Assembly (NCBI GenBank): GCA_964525495.1
Contig: CAZGHS010000003.1
Span: 52,022 to 116,021, forward strand
Length of the DNA stretch: 64,000 nucleotides
Reading direction: 5' to 3'
From: an uncultured Gammaproteobacteria bacterium
GTDB lineage: Bacteria > Patescibacteriota > Microgenomatia > JALYQM01
In this document: positions 17,760 to 27,662 of the stretch, piece after piece
Position numbering within the stretch: position 1 is the stretch's first letter
Layout of the letters: every line of letters begins with the position of its first letter
Program-made: the position numbers and the translations under genes
Notes under the pieces: model-generated
Told to the model about the DNA's origin: nothing
Database searches by the model: none
The model's input: the letters and a program-made list of their open reading frames with translations, nothing else

Positions 17760-17957
17760 AAAAGGTATCGCGAGTAGGGAGAGCAGATCATAGATTGAAA
17801 ATCTGCTGAGCGCGTAACTTTTCGAGGGACTACTTAAGTGTACGTTTCATCCGCGATAGAGATGGCAAAAAGCCTGAGAATCAGGGAATCGAAGTGGAAC
17901 CACGGTAGAAATGCCGTCTTCGAGCATTAGATATAGTGCTTGAGGACGGCATTTTTA
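17760..17957 (+). promoter_or_regulatory. T-box-type leader (tRNA-sensing riboswitch) with terminator, upstream of thrS
   Basis: T-box-like GAAGUGGAACCACGG (17891..17905). The UGGA bulge fits the NCCA end of a tRNA with a U discriminator, as in tRNA-Thr. This is followed by the intrinsic terminator GCCGTCTTCGAGCAC...GTGCTTGAGGACGGC plus TTTTT (17912..17956). A Stem-I-like helix TATCGCG...CGCGATA encloses GGGACUACUU, which carries Thr ACU codons. Confidence 0.55.
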
Positions 17958-17976
17958 GTATTTATAAGGAGGATCT

Positions 17977-19713
17977 ATGTCCAACGACAATTCTTTAGAA
18001 CAGATTCGCCATTCCTGCGCGCATTTACTTGCGGCTGCAGTGATGGAATTATATCCAAACGCGAAACGGACTATTGGTCCAGCTATCGAGAGCGGATTTT
18101 ACTATGATTTTGATTTTGGTGATGTAAAAATTTCCGATGAAGAATTGCCAAAGATCGAAGAGAAAATGCGAGAGCTCGTAAAAACCTGGAATGGTTTTGA
18201 GCGGGAAGAAGTAAGTGTTGATGAAGCAAAAAAGCGGATGGCAGGGAATGAATATAAACTTGAGTTGATTGAGGAGTTTAGTACAGACGGTCAGACGTTG
18301 AGTATTTATAAGAGCGGGAGTTTTGAAGATCTTTGTCGCGGTGGCCATTCGGAAAATCCTCAAAAAGATTTGGCTGCATTTAAGTTGTTGTCATTGGCTG
18401 GGGCGTATTGGAGAGGGAACGAGAAGAACAAAATGTTGACTCGTATTTACGGGACAGCTTTTTCTTCACAAAAGGAGCTTGATGAGTATTTAAATCAGCA
18501 GGAAGAAGCTCGAAAGCGCGATCATAGGAAGCTTGGAAAAGAATTGGATCTGTTTGTGTTTTCAGACTTGGTTGGTCCAGGACTGCCACTGTTTACTCCT
18601 AAAGGCACAATATTGCGCGATGAGTTGGGAGGATTTTCTCAAGGATTGCAGCAGAAATATGGATATCAAAGGGTAGCGATTCCACATATGGCGCGCGTGG
18701 CGTTGTATAAAACTTCAGGTCATTACGATAAATATCCTGAGCGGTTTACTGTGACAAGTCATGAGTCTGATGATGAGTTTATGATGAAACCTATGAACTG
18801 TCCGCATCATTCTCAGATTTATGCGTCAAAGCCACGAAGTTATCGCGATCTGCCGATCAGGTATATGGAAAATACTATGGTATATCGAGATGAGAAAGCA
18901 GGAGAGTTGCATGGATTGTCTCGTGTGCGTGCTGCGACTCAGGACGATGCTCATGTATTCTGCACTATGGATCAGATCGAGGAAGAGTTTACATCTATCA
19001 TGGCGATGATCAAGGAGTTGTATGGAACTCTAGGTATGACTTTCAGAGCTCGTTTGTCTTTTCGAGATAATACAGACAAATATCTGGGAGATATCGAGAA
19101 TTGGAATAAGGCGCAACAGATTATCGAAGATGTAGCTAAGAAATTGGAACTGGAATATTTTATTGGGGAAGGCGAAGCTGCTTTCTATGGTCCTAAGATT
19201 GATGTAATGGTGCGAGATGCGATTGGCAGAGAGCATCAGTGTGCGACAGAGCAATTGGATTTTGTCCAACCATCTCGGTTTGGATTGGTTTACACGGATG
19301 CTGATGGCTCCGAGAAGACTCCTGTGATGATTCACAAAGCTCTGCTTGGTTCTATAGAGCGGTTCCTGGCAGTATATATAGAACATACTGCTGGAGCGTT
19401 TCCAACCTGGATGGCGCCAGTACAGGCTGTCATGATCCCTATTGCGGATAGGCATGCGGAGTATGCACAGAAATTGGCTGCCGAATTGCGTGCGGTAGGG
19501 GTACGAGTGGATGTGGATGCTCGTTCTGAGAGTATGCAGTCTAAGATTCGGGATGCTCAGATGCAAAAAGTGCCGTATATGTATGTGATGGGGGACAAAG
19601 AAATTGAATCTCAGGGGGTTGCCGTTCGTAAACGAGGTGGTGAGAATCTAGGACTTAAGAGTTTTGAAGAGGTAAAAACAGCCTTGATTGACGAGATTCA
19701 ACGGAAGGTGTAG
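17977..19713 (+). CDS. thrS: Threonyl-tRNA synthetase (lacks N-terminal TGS domain)
   Basis: HSCAHLLAAAV editing-domain zinc motif; class II core (RDHRKLGKELDLF, FRDN, GEGEAAFYGPKIDV); anticodon-binding C-terminus. 578 aa. Confidence 0.95.
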   Translation: MSNDNSLEQIRHSCAHLLAAAVMELYPNAKRTIGPAIESGFYYDFDFGDVKISDEELPKIEEKMRELVKTWNGFEREEVSVDEAKKRMAGNEYKLELIEEFSTDGQTLSIYKSGSFEDLCRGGHSENPQKDLAAFKLLSLAGAYWRGNEKNKMLTRIYGTAFSSQKELDEYLNQQEEARKRDHRKLGKELDLFVFSDLVGPGLPLFTPKGTILRDELGGFSQGLQQKYGYQRVAIPHMARVALYKTSGHYDKYPERFTVTSHESDDEFMMKPMNCPHHSQIYASKPRSYRDLPIRYMENTMVYRDEKAGELHGLSRVRAATQDDAHVFCTMDQIEEEFTSIMAMIKELYGTLGMTFRARLSFRDNTDKYLGDIENWNKAQQIIEDVAKKLELEYFIGEGEAAFYGPKIDVMVRDAIGREHQCATEQLDFVQPSRFGLVYTDADGSEKTPVMIHKALLGSIERFLAVYIEHTAGAFPTWMAPVQAVMIPIADRHAEYAQKLAAELRAVGVRVDVDARSESMQSKIRDAQMQKVPYMYVMGDKEIESQGVAVRKRGGENLGLKSFEEVKTALIDEIQRKV

Positions 19714-19722
19714 TATCTGCTG

Positions 19723-20037
19723 ATGAAAAAGCCCGACCTGGAAAAGTTGTTTATTCTTTATGATGCAGGTGATGAACCAAAGACAAAGCGAATTCGAGGA
19801 AAAAGTGCGGATAAGGTCGAAGCAGCTTGTCCGCGTAGGATTATCCATCTGCGGGTAGAAGATGTAGTACGAGTCGTTGAGGACGATAATACTCGTTCCG
19901 AAAATGGAGTGGTTTTAGCACGAAGGTTAGCTTCTCAAAAAGTAAATAAGCTCAATTTTGAAGGCAAAAAGTCTTTTTCTCTTACTGACTATATTAGAGC
20001 ACAAACTGTGACTGATCTTGAAAAGAAGAAAAAATAG
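19723..20037 (+). CDS. Hypothetical protein
   Basis: ORF only. Confidence 0.35.
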   Translation: MKKPDLEKLFILYDAGDEPKTKRIRGKSADKVEAACPRRIIHLRVEDVVRVVEDDNTRSENGVVLARRLASQKVNKLNFEGKKSFSLTDYIRAQTVTDLEKKKK

Positions 20038-20185
20038 CGTTTGCCCGTTGCGAAGTATTTTCGGGCGTGGTAGAATTTTATTTGATTTTATACGTAAAAA
20101 CAGACGTTTTTAAGGGGTAAACCCAAGGAAGGTACCACTGGCTAAGAAATTTTACAGAATAAACCAGTTTATCCGCGCACCTCAG

Positions 20186-20656
20186 GTGCGAGTTTTGGAT
20201 AATACAGGGAAGCAACTCGGCGTTTTGACTTTAGAAGAGGCGTTAAAGATTGCTACAGAACAAAAGCTCGACTTAGTAGAAATTGCTGGTCAGGCTAGTC
20301 CGCCAGTGTGTAAAATCATTGATTTTAAGAAATTTAAGTATTTGGAGGAGAAAAAAGAGTCGGATTCGAAAAAAGCAGCGAAACAAGTAGACACAAAAGA
20401 GATACGTTTGAGGCCATTTACATCAGATAATGACCTTGAAGTGCGGTTGAAGCGGATGAAGCAATTTTTACAGGATGGCGATCGAGTGAAGGTTGTGGTA
20501 AAATTCCAAGGTCGTGAGATAGCCAAGCCGGATTTTGGCCATCAGCTAATCGGACGAATCACTTCTTTTATTGAAAGTGAAGGCGTGGGAAAGCTAGATA
20601 GACCGGCAAAATTTGAAGGAAAATCGTTAGTAGTATCGTATACACCGGGTAAATGA
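20186..20656 (+). CDS. infC: Translation initiation factor IF-3 (true start probably upstream, non-canonical)
   Basis: The in-frame upstream peptide AKKFYRINQFIRAPQVRVLDNTGKQLGV matches the conserved IF3 N-terminus (INxxIRAxEVRLI). No in-frame ATG exists after the stop at 20111, only CTG 20138, ATA 20159 and GTG 20186. Confidence 0.9.
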   Translation: MRVLDNTGKQLGVLTLEEALKIATEQKLDLVEIAGQASPPVCKIIDFKKFKYLEEKKESDSKKAAKQVDTKEIRLRPFTSDNDLEVRLKRMKQFLQDGDRVKVVVKFQGREIAKPDFGHQLIGRITSFIESEGVGKLDRPAKFEGKSLVVSYTPGK

Positions 20657-20666
20657 GGACATATAT

Positions 20667-20864
20667 ATGCCGAAGATGAAAACAAAAAAAGCTATTTCTA
20701 AGCGTATTAAGGTTACCGCAACAGGTAAGCTTTTACATTGGAGAAAAGGGAATAACCACTTAAAGAGTCCGAAGTCAGCTTCTCAGCTTCGACGTTTGGC
20801 TAAGCCATCACAAATTACAGGAAAAATGGAGAAGAACTTTAAGAAGTTACTTCCATATATCTAG
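20667..20864 (+). CDS. rpmI: 50S ribosomal protein L35
   Basis: MPKMKTKKAISKRIKVTATGKL. Confidence 0.9.
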   Translation: MPKMKTKKAISKRIKVTATGKLLHWRKGNNHLKSPKSASQLRRLAKPSQITGKMEKNFKKLLPYI

Positions 20865-20875
20865 GAGAGATACAT

Positions 20876-21220
20876 ATGTCACGCGTTAAAAGAGGTGTTA
20901 CAACTAAGGCCCGCCACAAGAGATTGCTAGCCCGAACTGAAGGTTACCGAATGACGAATAATCGTTTGGTACAAAGAGCTCGAGAAGCAGATCTTCATGC
21001 TGGTTCTTATGCATTTGCTGGTCGAAAAAACCGTAAGAGAGATATGAGAATGCTTTGGATTGCTCGTATCAACGGAGCTCTTCGTGATCAGGGTATGCGT
21101 TATGGTGATTTCATGCACGCATTGAAGGTAAAGAATATTGGTCTTGATCGAAAAATGCTTGCAACAATGGTTTTGGAAGATCCAAAGTCATTTACAAACT
21201 TAGTGGGAATGGTGAAGTAA
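20876..21220 (+). CDS. rplT: 50S ribosomal protein L20
   Basis: MSRVKRGVTTKARHKRLLARTEGYR. Confidence 0.95.
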   Translation: MSRVKRGVTTKARHKRLLARTEGYRMTNNRLVQRAREADLHAGSYAFAGRKNRKRDMRMLWIARINGALRDQGMRYGDFMHALKVKNIGLDRKMLATMVLEDPKSFTNLVGMVK

Positions 21221-21243
21221 TTAATTGTGATTACTTCTTTTAA

Positions 21244-21279
21244 CTCACACTTCTCAGCAATGAAGGTGTGAGTTTTTTT
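21244..21279 (+). terminator. Rho-independent terminator after rplT
   Basis: CTCACACTTC-tcagcaatg-GAAGGTGTGAG hairpin plus TTTTTTT. Confidence 0.75.
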
Positions 21280-21316
21280 GTAAGTAGTTTATTAATAGCA
21301 ACTAAAATAGTAGAAT

Positions 21317-22366
21317 TTGATTAATACTATGCGAATTGATTTAGAAAACCTATTACACCGAACTACTGAGAAATTGCATCAGCTGCATACAGCCGCAGAG
21401 GTTGATAAGTTGAAGTTTGATACTTTGGATAAAAAAGATAGTGAGTACTCTCTGATTTCCTTACAGATGCGCGAGTTGACTAAAGATGAGCGGCCTGCCA
21501 TGGGTAAGTATTTGAATGAAGTTAAGTCATCTCTTGAGAATGCTTTCTCGGAGAAGCTAAGTAAGCTTAAAGAGGAGCGATATAGCAAATTGGCTGAGAC
21601 TGAATGGCAAGATATGACATTTCCTGCACCAGCGGCGGCTGTAGGTCATATTCATCCTATTACACAAGCCTATTATGAAATCGTAGATATTTTTGCAGAG
21701 CTTGGATTTTCGTTTGCTGAGGGACCAGAGGTCGAGTGGTTTTGGCATGCGTTTGAATCACTTAATATGCCGATCACCCATCCGGCGAGTGATGATTTCG
21801 AAACGTATTATGTAAAGCACGATGCGCATGATCAGTATGGACGATTGTTATTGCGTCCTCATACCTCGCCAGTTCAAGTACGAACGATGTTATCGCAGAA
21901 GCCGCCTATCAGAGTGGTTGTGCCAGGAAAGACTTACAGACCTAACTACGATACGTCGCACACACCAATGTTCCATCAGTTTGAAGGATTGTTAGTTGAT
22001 AAGAATGTGTCGATAGGTCAGCTGGTTGGCACTTTGGATTATTTTGTAAAGAAGTTTTTTGGAAATACTATTAAGACCCGCATTCGGCCGTATCATTTTC
22101 AGTTTACTGAACCTTCTTTTGAAGTAGATATTTCCTGTTCGATATGTGGTGGTGAAGGATGCCGCTTGTGCAAGGAAGGTTGGTTGGAGCTCGGTGGAGC
22201 AGGAATGGTGCATCCAGTCGTACTTGAGAATGGTGGAATCGATTCGAAAGAATACAATGGTTTCGCGTTTGGGTGGGGAATAGAGCGTTGTGTGAATATC
22301 CGATCAGGTATTCCTGATGTGCGTATGATTTATGAAGGCGAATTACGATTATTGGAGCAATTTTAA
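21317..22366 (+). CDS. pheS: Phenylalanyl-tRNA synthetase alpha subunit
   Basis: Class II motifs: FQFTEPSFEVD, GAGMVHP, GWGIERC. Confidence 0.95.
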   Translation: MINTMRIDLENLLHRTTEKLHQLHTAAEVDKLKFDTLDKKDSEYSLISLQMRELTKDERPAMGKYLNEVKSSLENAFSEKLSKLKEERYSKLAETEWQDMTFPAPAAAVGHIHPITQAYYEIVDIFAELGFSFAEGPEVEWFWHAFESLNMPITHPASDDFETYYVKHDAHDQYGRLLLRPHTSPVQVRTMLSQKPPIRVVVPGKTYRPNYDTSHTPMFHQFEGLLVDKNVSIGQLVGTLDYFVKKFFGNTIKTRIRPYHFQFTEPSFEVDISCSICGGEGCRLCKEGWLELGGAGMVHPVVLENGGIDSKEYNGFAFGWGIERCVNIRSGIPDVRMIYEGELRLLEQF

Positions 22367-22369
22367 TTT

Positions 22370-24799
22370 ATGTTAGTACCTTTGTCTTGGCTTAAAGAAT
22401 ATGTTGATATTTCAGATATTTCTGTGGATGATTTGCAGAAGAAAATGTCTGCTGCTGGTTTGTCTGTTGAGAGAAAACACACAGTTGGTGAAGGAATCGA
22501 GCAGATTGTGATTGGGCAGATTGTGTCTCAAGAGAAACATCCCGATTCTGATCACTTGTGGTTGTGTAAAGTGAATGTCGGAGCTAATGAAGTGCAGATT
22601 GTAACTGGAGCGCAGAATATTTATTTGCATGGAAAAGTGCCTGTAGTGCAAGCTGGTCAAGTTTTGCCTGATGGTACACAGATCGAAGTATCAAAACTTC
22701 GTGGCGTAGAGTCACAAGGAATGATGTGCTCTGAAAATGAACTTGGTCTAGGCGAGGGTCACGAAGGTATTATGATGCTGGGTGAAGACGCTCCAGTAGG
22801 CGAAAATCTCGTAAAATATCTTGGACTTCCTGATGTGGTATTTGATACAGAGATCACTGCTAACCGCGGCGATTGTTTATCAATCGTTGGAATCGCTCGT
22901 GAAGTTGCGACCTTGCTGAATAAAGAATTGCGTATGCCAGAGGCTTTGTCTATGCAGACAAATATGGACTTCGGAATCAAGGCTCAAGTACATATTGAAG
23001 ACGTTTCGAAATGTAATCGGTTTGCGACAGTGGCATATGACGGCTTTCAACTAGGAAAATCCCCTATGTGGATGCAGCAGCGACTGTTGCGTGCTGGAAT
23101 GCGACCAATTAATAATTTGGTAGATATTTCTAATTATGTGATGCTTGAATTGGGACAACCTACTCATGCATATGACGCGAAGCATGTAAATGACAATACG
23201 TTTTATGTACGCAGTGCGTTGTACCACGAGAAATTGCAGACACTGGATAAAAAAGTATTTGATTTAACTGAAGATATGTTGGTGATTGCGGATTCAGAAA
23301 AAAATCTTGGTATCGCAGGTATTATGGGTGGCGAGTCGAGCAAAATTACTGAAGATACACATACTTTGCTATTGGAACTGGCGAATTTTGATCCCGTGAA
23401 TATTCGTAAGACTGGAATGAAATTGGGAATTCGTAGCGATGCGATTGTGCGATTTGAACGGGGAGTAGATAGGGAGCTGATTGGTTATGCCTTGGAACGG
23501 ATTAATCATTTGTTGTCTACTATTACTGGCGCACATCAAGCAAGTGCTGTAGCTGATGCATATCCGACTCCGATTGAAAAAACTGAAGTGACATTGCGAT
23601 CACATATGCTGGATATGTATATGGGGTTGCATCTCAGTTTGTCGGATGCTGGTCGAATTCTTAACTCTCTGGGATTTTCTACTATTTCATCGAGCGGTGA
23701 TGAGATCGAGTGGTTGCTTAAAGTATCAGTGCCAAGTTGGAGACATCGAGATGTTTCGATTGAAGAGGATTTGATCGAGGAAGTAGCTCGAATTTACGGA
23801 TATGATAATGTCCCTGTTTCAACACCGAAGGGCCAAGTCCCTTTGGTAGCTCAAAATAAACGATTGAAAGTGAAGAAGCGAGTATTGGAAGTGATGAAAG
23901 GTTTAGGATTTCAAGAGGTTTTAACTTATTCGTTTACTAGTCGAGAACAGATAGAACAGAGTGGATATAAAGTCGAGGAAGCTTTAGAAATGGTTTCTCC
24001 GTTGTCAGAAGAGCACCGCTATATGCGACTTTCTTTGCTGCCGAATCTTTTATGGATTACTCAGAAGAATTTGGTGTTGAATCGAGATCTAGTTCTATTT
24101 GAGCTGTCGTCCGTGTATCATCGTAGTTTATATGATTTGATTCCTGATGAAGCTGTTGGCCTCAGTTTAGAACCAGTGCATTTTGCTGGAATAGTTCACC
24201 ATAAAGAATATTCATTTGATCGAGCATTTAAACAGGTTGTGTCGAGTTTGCGATCTGTAATGAATTCATTGCAAGTTGGGAGTGTTAGTTATGCGCAAGA
24301 TAACGATCAGATAAAGAAAATTCGAAATCATGTAATGTATCATCCGGGGCGAGTAGCCGCGATTGTGTTGCGTGGTGATGTGATTGGATTGTATGGTGAG
24401 ATTCATCCTGCGTTGGCAGAGAAGCTTGGATTGAAAGAACCGGTGTTTATGTACGAATTGTTCTTTGATCCGTTAGTTGAGGAAGCTAAACTGATTGTTT
24501 CTTATGAGCCATATTCTATCTACCCAGCCACCACTGAAGCACTGTCTTTTGTAATGGATGAGAATCAAGCCGTGGGTCCGATTGTGGATTCTCTGAAGTC
24601 TTTAGATGAGCGGATTGTTTCCGTAACTGTAGGTACTCCCTATCGAGGGGATCAGATTGGAGAGGGGAAGAAGGCCGTGACGTTCACGTTTGTGTTCCAA
24701 TCGAGAAGTGGGCCAATTAAAGAAACTGATGCAACTCAATTAAGAGAATTGATTTCTGCTTTTGGTAAAGATACTTATCGTTTGCAAATTCGAGGATAG
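22370..24799 (+). CDS. pheT: Phenylalanyl-tRNA synthetase beta subunit
   Basis: tRNA-binding N-terminus, B3/4 and B5 regions, FDPV motif. 809 aa, 4 nt after pheS. Confidence 0.95.
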   Translation: MLVPLSWLKEYVDISDISVDDLQKKMSAAGLSVERKHTVGEGIEQIVIGQIVSQEKHPDSDHLWLCKVNVGANEVQIVTGAQNIYLHGKVPVVQAGQVLPDGTQIEVSKLRGVESQGMMCSENELGLGEGHEGIMMLGEDAPVGENLVKYLGLPDVVFDTEITANRGDCLSIVGIAREVATLLNKELRMPEALSMQTNMDFGIKAQVHIEDVSKCNRFATVAYDGFQLGKSPMWMQQRLLRAGMRPINNLVDISNYVMLELGQPTHAYDAKHVNDNTFYVRSALYHEKLQTLDKKVFDLTEDMLVIADSEKNLGIAGIMGGESSKITEDTHTLLLELANFDPVNIRKTGMKLGIRSDAIVRFERGVDRELIGYALERINHLLSTITGAHQASAVADAYPTPIEKTEVTLRSHMLDMYMGLHLSLSDAGRILNSLGFSTISSSGDEIEWLLKVSVPSWRHRDVSIEEDLIEEVARIYGYDNVPVSTPKGQVPLVAQNKRLKVKKRVLEVMKGLGFQEVLTYSFTSREQIEQSGYKVEEALEMVSPLSEEHRYMRLSLLPNLLWITQKNLVLNRDLVLFELSSVYHRSLYDLIPDEAVGLSLEPVHFAGIVHHKEYSFDRAFKQVVSSLRSVMNSLQVGSVSYAQDNDQIKKIRNHVMYHPGRVAAIVLRGDVIGLYGEIHPALAEKLGLKEPVFMYELFFDPLVEEAKLIVSYEPYSIYPATTEALSFVMDENQAVGPIVDSLKSLDERIVSVTVGTPYRGDQIGEGKKAVTFTFVFQSRSGPIKETDATQLRELISAFGKDTYRLQIRG

Positions 24800-25077
24800 T
24801 AATGCGTGATCTAGAGAGAGACGAGTTGATACTAAAATTGTTATTGATTCGAGGGATCCATCGGGTCGTGTGCATAGCTTTAATTTTACTCGTAAGACAA
24901 GTCTCTCTGCGCGTGTCGACTATATTGATAAATGGCGCGTTGTGAGTCCAAAAAGTTCACAGCGGGATATCGATAAATTAAAAGAAGAGGCGTTCAAGCA
25001 TGGTGGAAGTGTTACTATAATTAATAAACCTCATGAACGCAGAGTTTTAGCAGCGCGAAATAAAATCAGTAAGTAAT

Positions 25078-27624
25078 CTATCTCACATTCACTGTTATTT
25101 CTTTGGAGCTTGTAACTCCTTTATTATCAATAACTTCGACTCGGAGGCGGTGTTCGCCTGCTTGAGACTGTTGAAACGTAACCTGGTGACTGAGTGGTGA
25201 AGTGCGTGATGTTTTGAGTAAGTTGAAGTCATCAAGGTAGAGTTTTATTTCGGAAATCTGAGCATCACCTTTAGGTGTTGAGTCAGCTGTGAAGTTGAAG
25301 ACGAATGGTACGTTGGCTTTATCTGGGATGTCTCTGATTGAAATATCTGGCGCGCCTGCGGAGTTACTACTGCCTCCGATTGATGTATATCCTCGATATG
25401 CATCTCCCTCAGGGCAATCACCTTGGCATACGCCTGGTTTCTTAGCTACTTCTTTGACATATGGGTCAGTAAATAGGGTGTAGGTTTTGTCTTCTGCGTC
25501 ACACCCATCCTTCTCTGCCTGGTTGGTTCCTTTACAGACTCGAATGGTAAGCTGAGATATATTGCCCACCTGAGGCTCTGTACCCTTGATAAAAAGCTCT
25601 TTACGGGTCGAGGTAGTACCTTCACCTGGCTTGTAGCCTGTACGAGAATCTACGTCGATATAGACCACATCGTCTGGTTTAACGAAAGGTTCGTCCTTTT
25701 TACCTTCCAGAAGCATTTTCATCGTTTTGTTCCAGATTGGTGTCGCGCCAGTCACACCTGAAGCGATTGATTTATCCATAGCTGTGTTGTCATTATTTCC
25801 AACCCAAGCACCTACAACGTAGGAAGGATTGTATCCAAATGCCCAGTTATCTTTTTTCTCGTCGGTTGTACCAGTTTTAGCGGCAACTGTCTGATTGGCG
25901 ATATAGAGTAAGCTACGAGGTCCGAAAGCGAGTGATCGGGCTGAATCATCTGAAAGGATATGTGAGATAAGGTAGGCAATTTCTGGTTTAAGTATTTGGC
26001 GGCCTTTGCTAGGTTTAAATTCTTCTAATATTTTGCCGGTTGAATCAGTTACTTTAATGATAGAAACGCGTTCTTGCTTTATTCCTTGATTTGCAAAAAC
26101 ACCATAGGCTGTCATTAAATCGGCCATCTTAAGTTCGCGACCTCCGAGGGTCAATGAAAGTCCTACTTGGGACATGTTTTGAGAGGTAGGTTCCCAATCA
26201 CTTAAGCCCATATCGTAGGATACCTGCATCGTGTCTTTAATAGTGCTGACCGCAAGCATTTTAACTGCTGGAATATTGAGGGAAGATCCAAGTGCTTGAC
26301 GGGTTTGTACTGGACCTCGGAATTTTCCGTCATAGTTAACCGGCTTGTATAAAGGCTGCCCGGCTCCTCCATCGAATTCAGTTTCGACATCAAGCCACAT
26401 GGTTGCAGGAGTGTAGCCTTTCATAAACCCGACGGCATAGGTTATTGGTTTGGTTGCCGATCCTGGCTGACGACGGGAAAGCGTGACGTTGAATTGACCA
26501 TCATAATCTTTTGCGAAATAGTCTTTGGAGCCAACCATTGCGAGGATTTCACCGGTCTTTGGATTTGTGACCATGGCTGCACCATTACCTACTTTAGCTT
26601 TTGCGAGCTTTTCAACTTCTATTCTGACAATTTCCTGAACTTTGTTCTGAATATCTAAATCAAGGGATGTGTAGACACGTAGTCCGCCTTCGGCAACCAT
26701 ATCCTGACCATATTTTTCTTCAAGTTGTCGTTTAATCCAGAGTGTAAAATGTGGAGCTTCGATGTCAATTTTAGGCTCCTGGAATGCGAGCGTTTCGAGT
26801 TCTTCGATTGATTTTTTTTCTTGCTCAGAAGTTATGTACTTGTCTTCACGCATACGTCGAAGTACATATTTTGTTCGTTCTTTATACGCGTCAGGATAAT
26901 CTCCATAAGGAGAATAGTAGGAAGGGCTTTGTGGTAATCCGGCGAGGATTGCTGATTCCGTGAGAGTAAGATCTTCGACGTTTTTATTGAAATAGGTTTG
27001 TGAGGCAGTCTGTACGCCATAAATTGTTCCACCGTAAGGATTTTCATTCATGTACATTTGGAGAATCTCGTTTTTAGAGAAGCGTTGTTCGACCTGAATG
27101 GCGAGGATAAGCTCTTTTAATTTGCGTGTAGGTGTGCGCTTGGGAGTTAAGAATGTGTTTTTAACAAGCTGCTGAGTGATAGATGAGCCTCCGATAAGTC
27201 TTTGGTTAACTATGAGTTCTTTGACTATACGGAAGTATCCGTCGACTGCGAAACCTTTGTGTTTGTAGAATTCTTTGTCTTCAGTTGCAATTGTGGCGTT
27301 TTTTAAGTCGTTGGGTATTTTTTCGATCGTAACGAGTTCTCGATTTTTCTCACCAAATACGGTGTAGAGATCTTTACCATTTCGGTCCATGATTTTGGTT
27401 GCTTGCTCGACTGTTCGGTCCTTTAATTTGTAGGGACTTGGGAGATCTTTGGCAAAATATGCAAAGAGAATCGCTGTGACGATAATTCCGCCAATAATGA
27501 ACAGAAATGTAACTGTTACCATTACTGCTGTAATGGTTAAGATTTTCTGTTTTGTGGTGAGTTTAACAGGTTGTTTACCTGATTTTGGAGCCTGGGGTAG
27601 CAGTTTTGCTTTGAAATCATGCAT
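25078..27624 (-). CDS. Class A penicillin-binding protein (bifunctional glycosyltransferase/transpeptidase) with extra C-terminal beta-rich domain
   Basis: N-terminal TM; GT51 motifs EDKEFYKHKGF and RVYTSLD...; transpeptidase SxxK GSATKP; SxN, KTGT. About 150-aa Cys-containing C-terminal extension. Confidence 0.9.
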   Translation of the reverse strand: MHDFKAKLLPQAPKSGKQPVKLTTKQKILTITAVMVTVTFLFIIGGIIVTAILFAYFAKDLPSPYKLKDRTVEQATKIMDRNGKDLYTVFGEKNRELVTIEKIPNDLKNATIATEDKEFYKHKGFAVDGYFRIVKELIVNQRLIGGSSITQQLVKNTFLTPKRTPTRKLKELILAIQVEQRFSKNEILQMYMNENPYGGTIYGVQTASQTYFNKNVEDLTLTESAILAGLPQSPSYYSPYGDYPDAYKERTKYVLRRMREDKYITSEQEKKSIEELETLAFQEPKIDIEAPHFTLWIKRQLEEKYGQDMVAEGGLRVYTSLDLDIQNKVQEIVRIEVEKLAKAKVGNGAAMVTNPKTGEILAMVGSKDYFAKDYDGQFNVTLSRRQPGSATKPITYAVGFMKGYTPATMWLDVETEFDGGAGQPLYKPVNYDGKFRGPVQTRQALGSSLNIPAVKMLAVSTIKDTMQVSYDMGLSDWEPTSQNMSQVGLSLTLGGRELKMADLMTAYGVFANQGIKQERVSIIKVTDSTGKILEEFKPSKGRQILKPEIAYLISHILSDDSARSLAFGPRSLLYIANQTVAAKTGTTDEKKDNWAFGYNPSYVVGAWVGNNDNTAMDKSIASGVTGATPIWNKTMKMLLEGKKDEPFVKPDDVVYIDVDSRTGYKPGEGTTSTRKELFIKGTEPQVGNISQLTIRVCKGTNQAEKDGCDAEDKTYTLFTDPYVKEVAKKPGVCQGDCPEGDAYRGYTSIGGSSNSAGAPDISIRDIPDKANVPFVFNFTADSTPKGDAQISEIKLYLDDFNLLKTSRTSPLSHQVTFQQSQAGEHRLRVEVIDNKGVTSSKEITVNVR

Positions 27625-27662
27625 GATGATTATTATACCAGATCTTTGATATAATCGATGCT

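Noticed and set aside
24870-25076. 68-aa GTG-initiated ORF between pheT and the PBP gene
   Set aside because: It has no RBS and no recognisable motif, and it is squeezed into a convergent spacer. It is possibly real, but I cannot support it. Left as unassigned.
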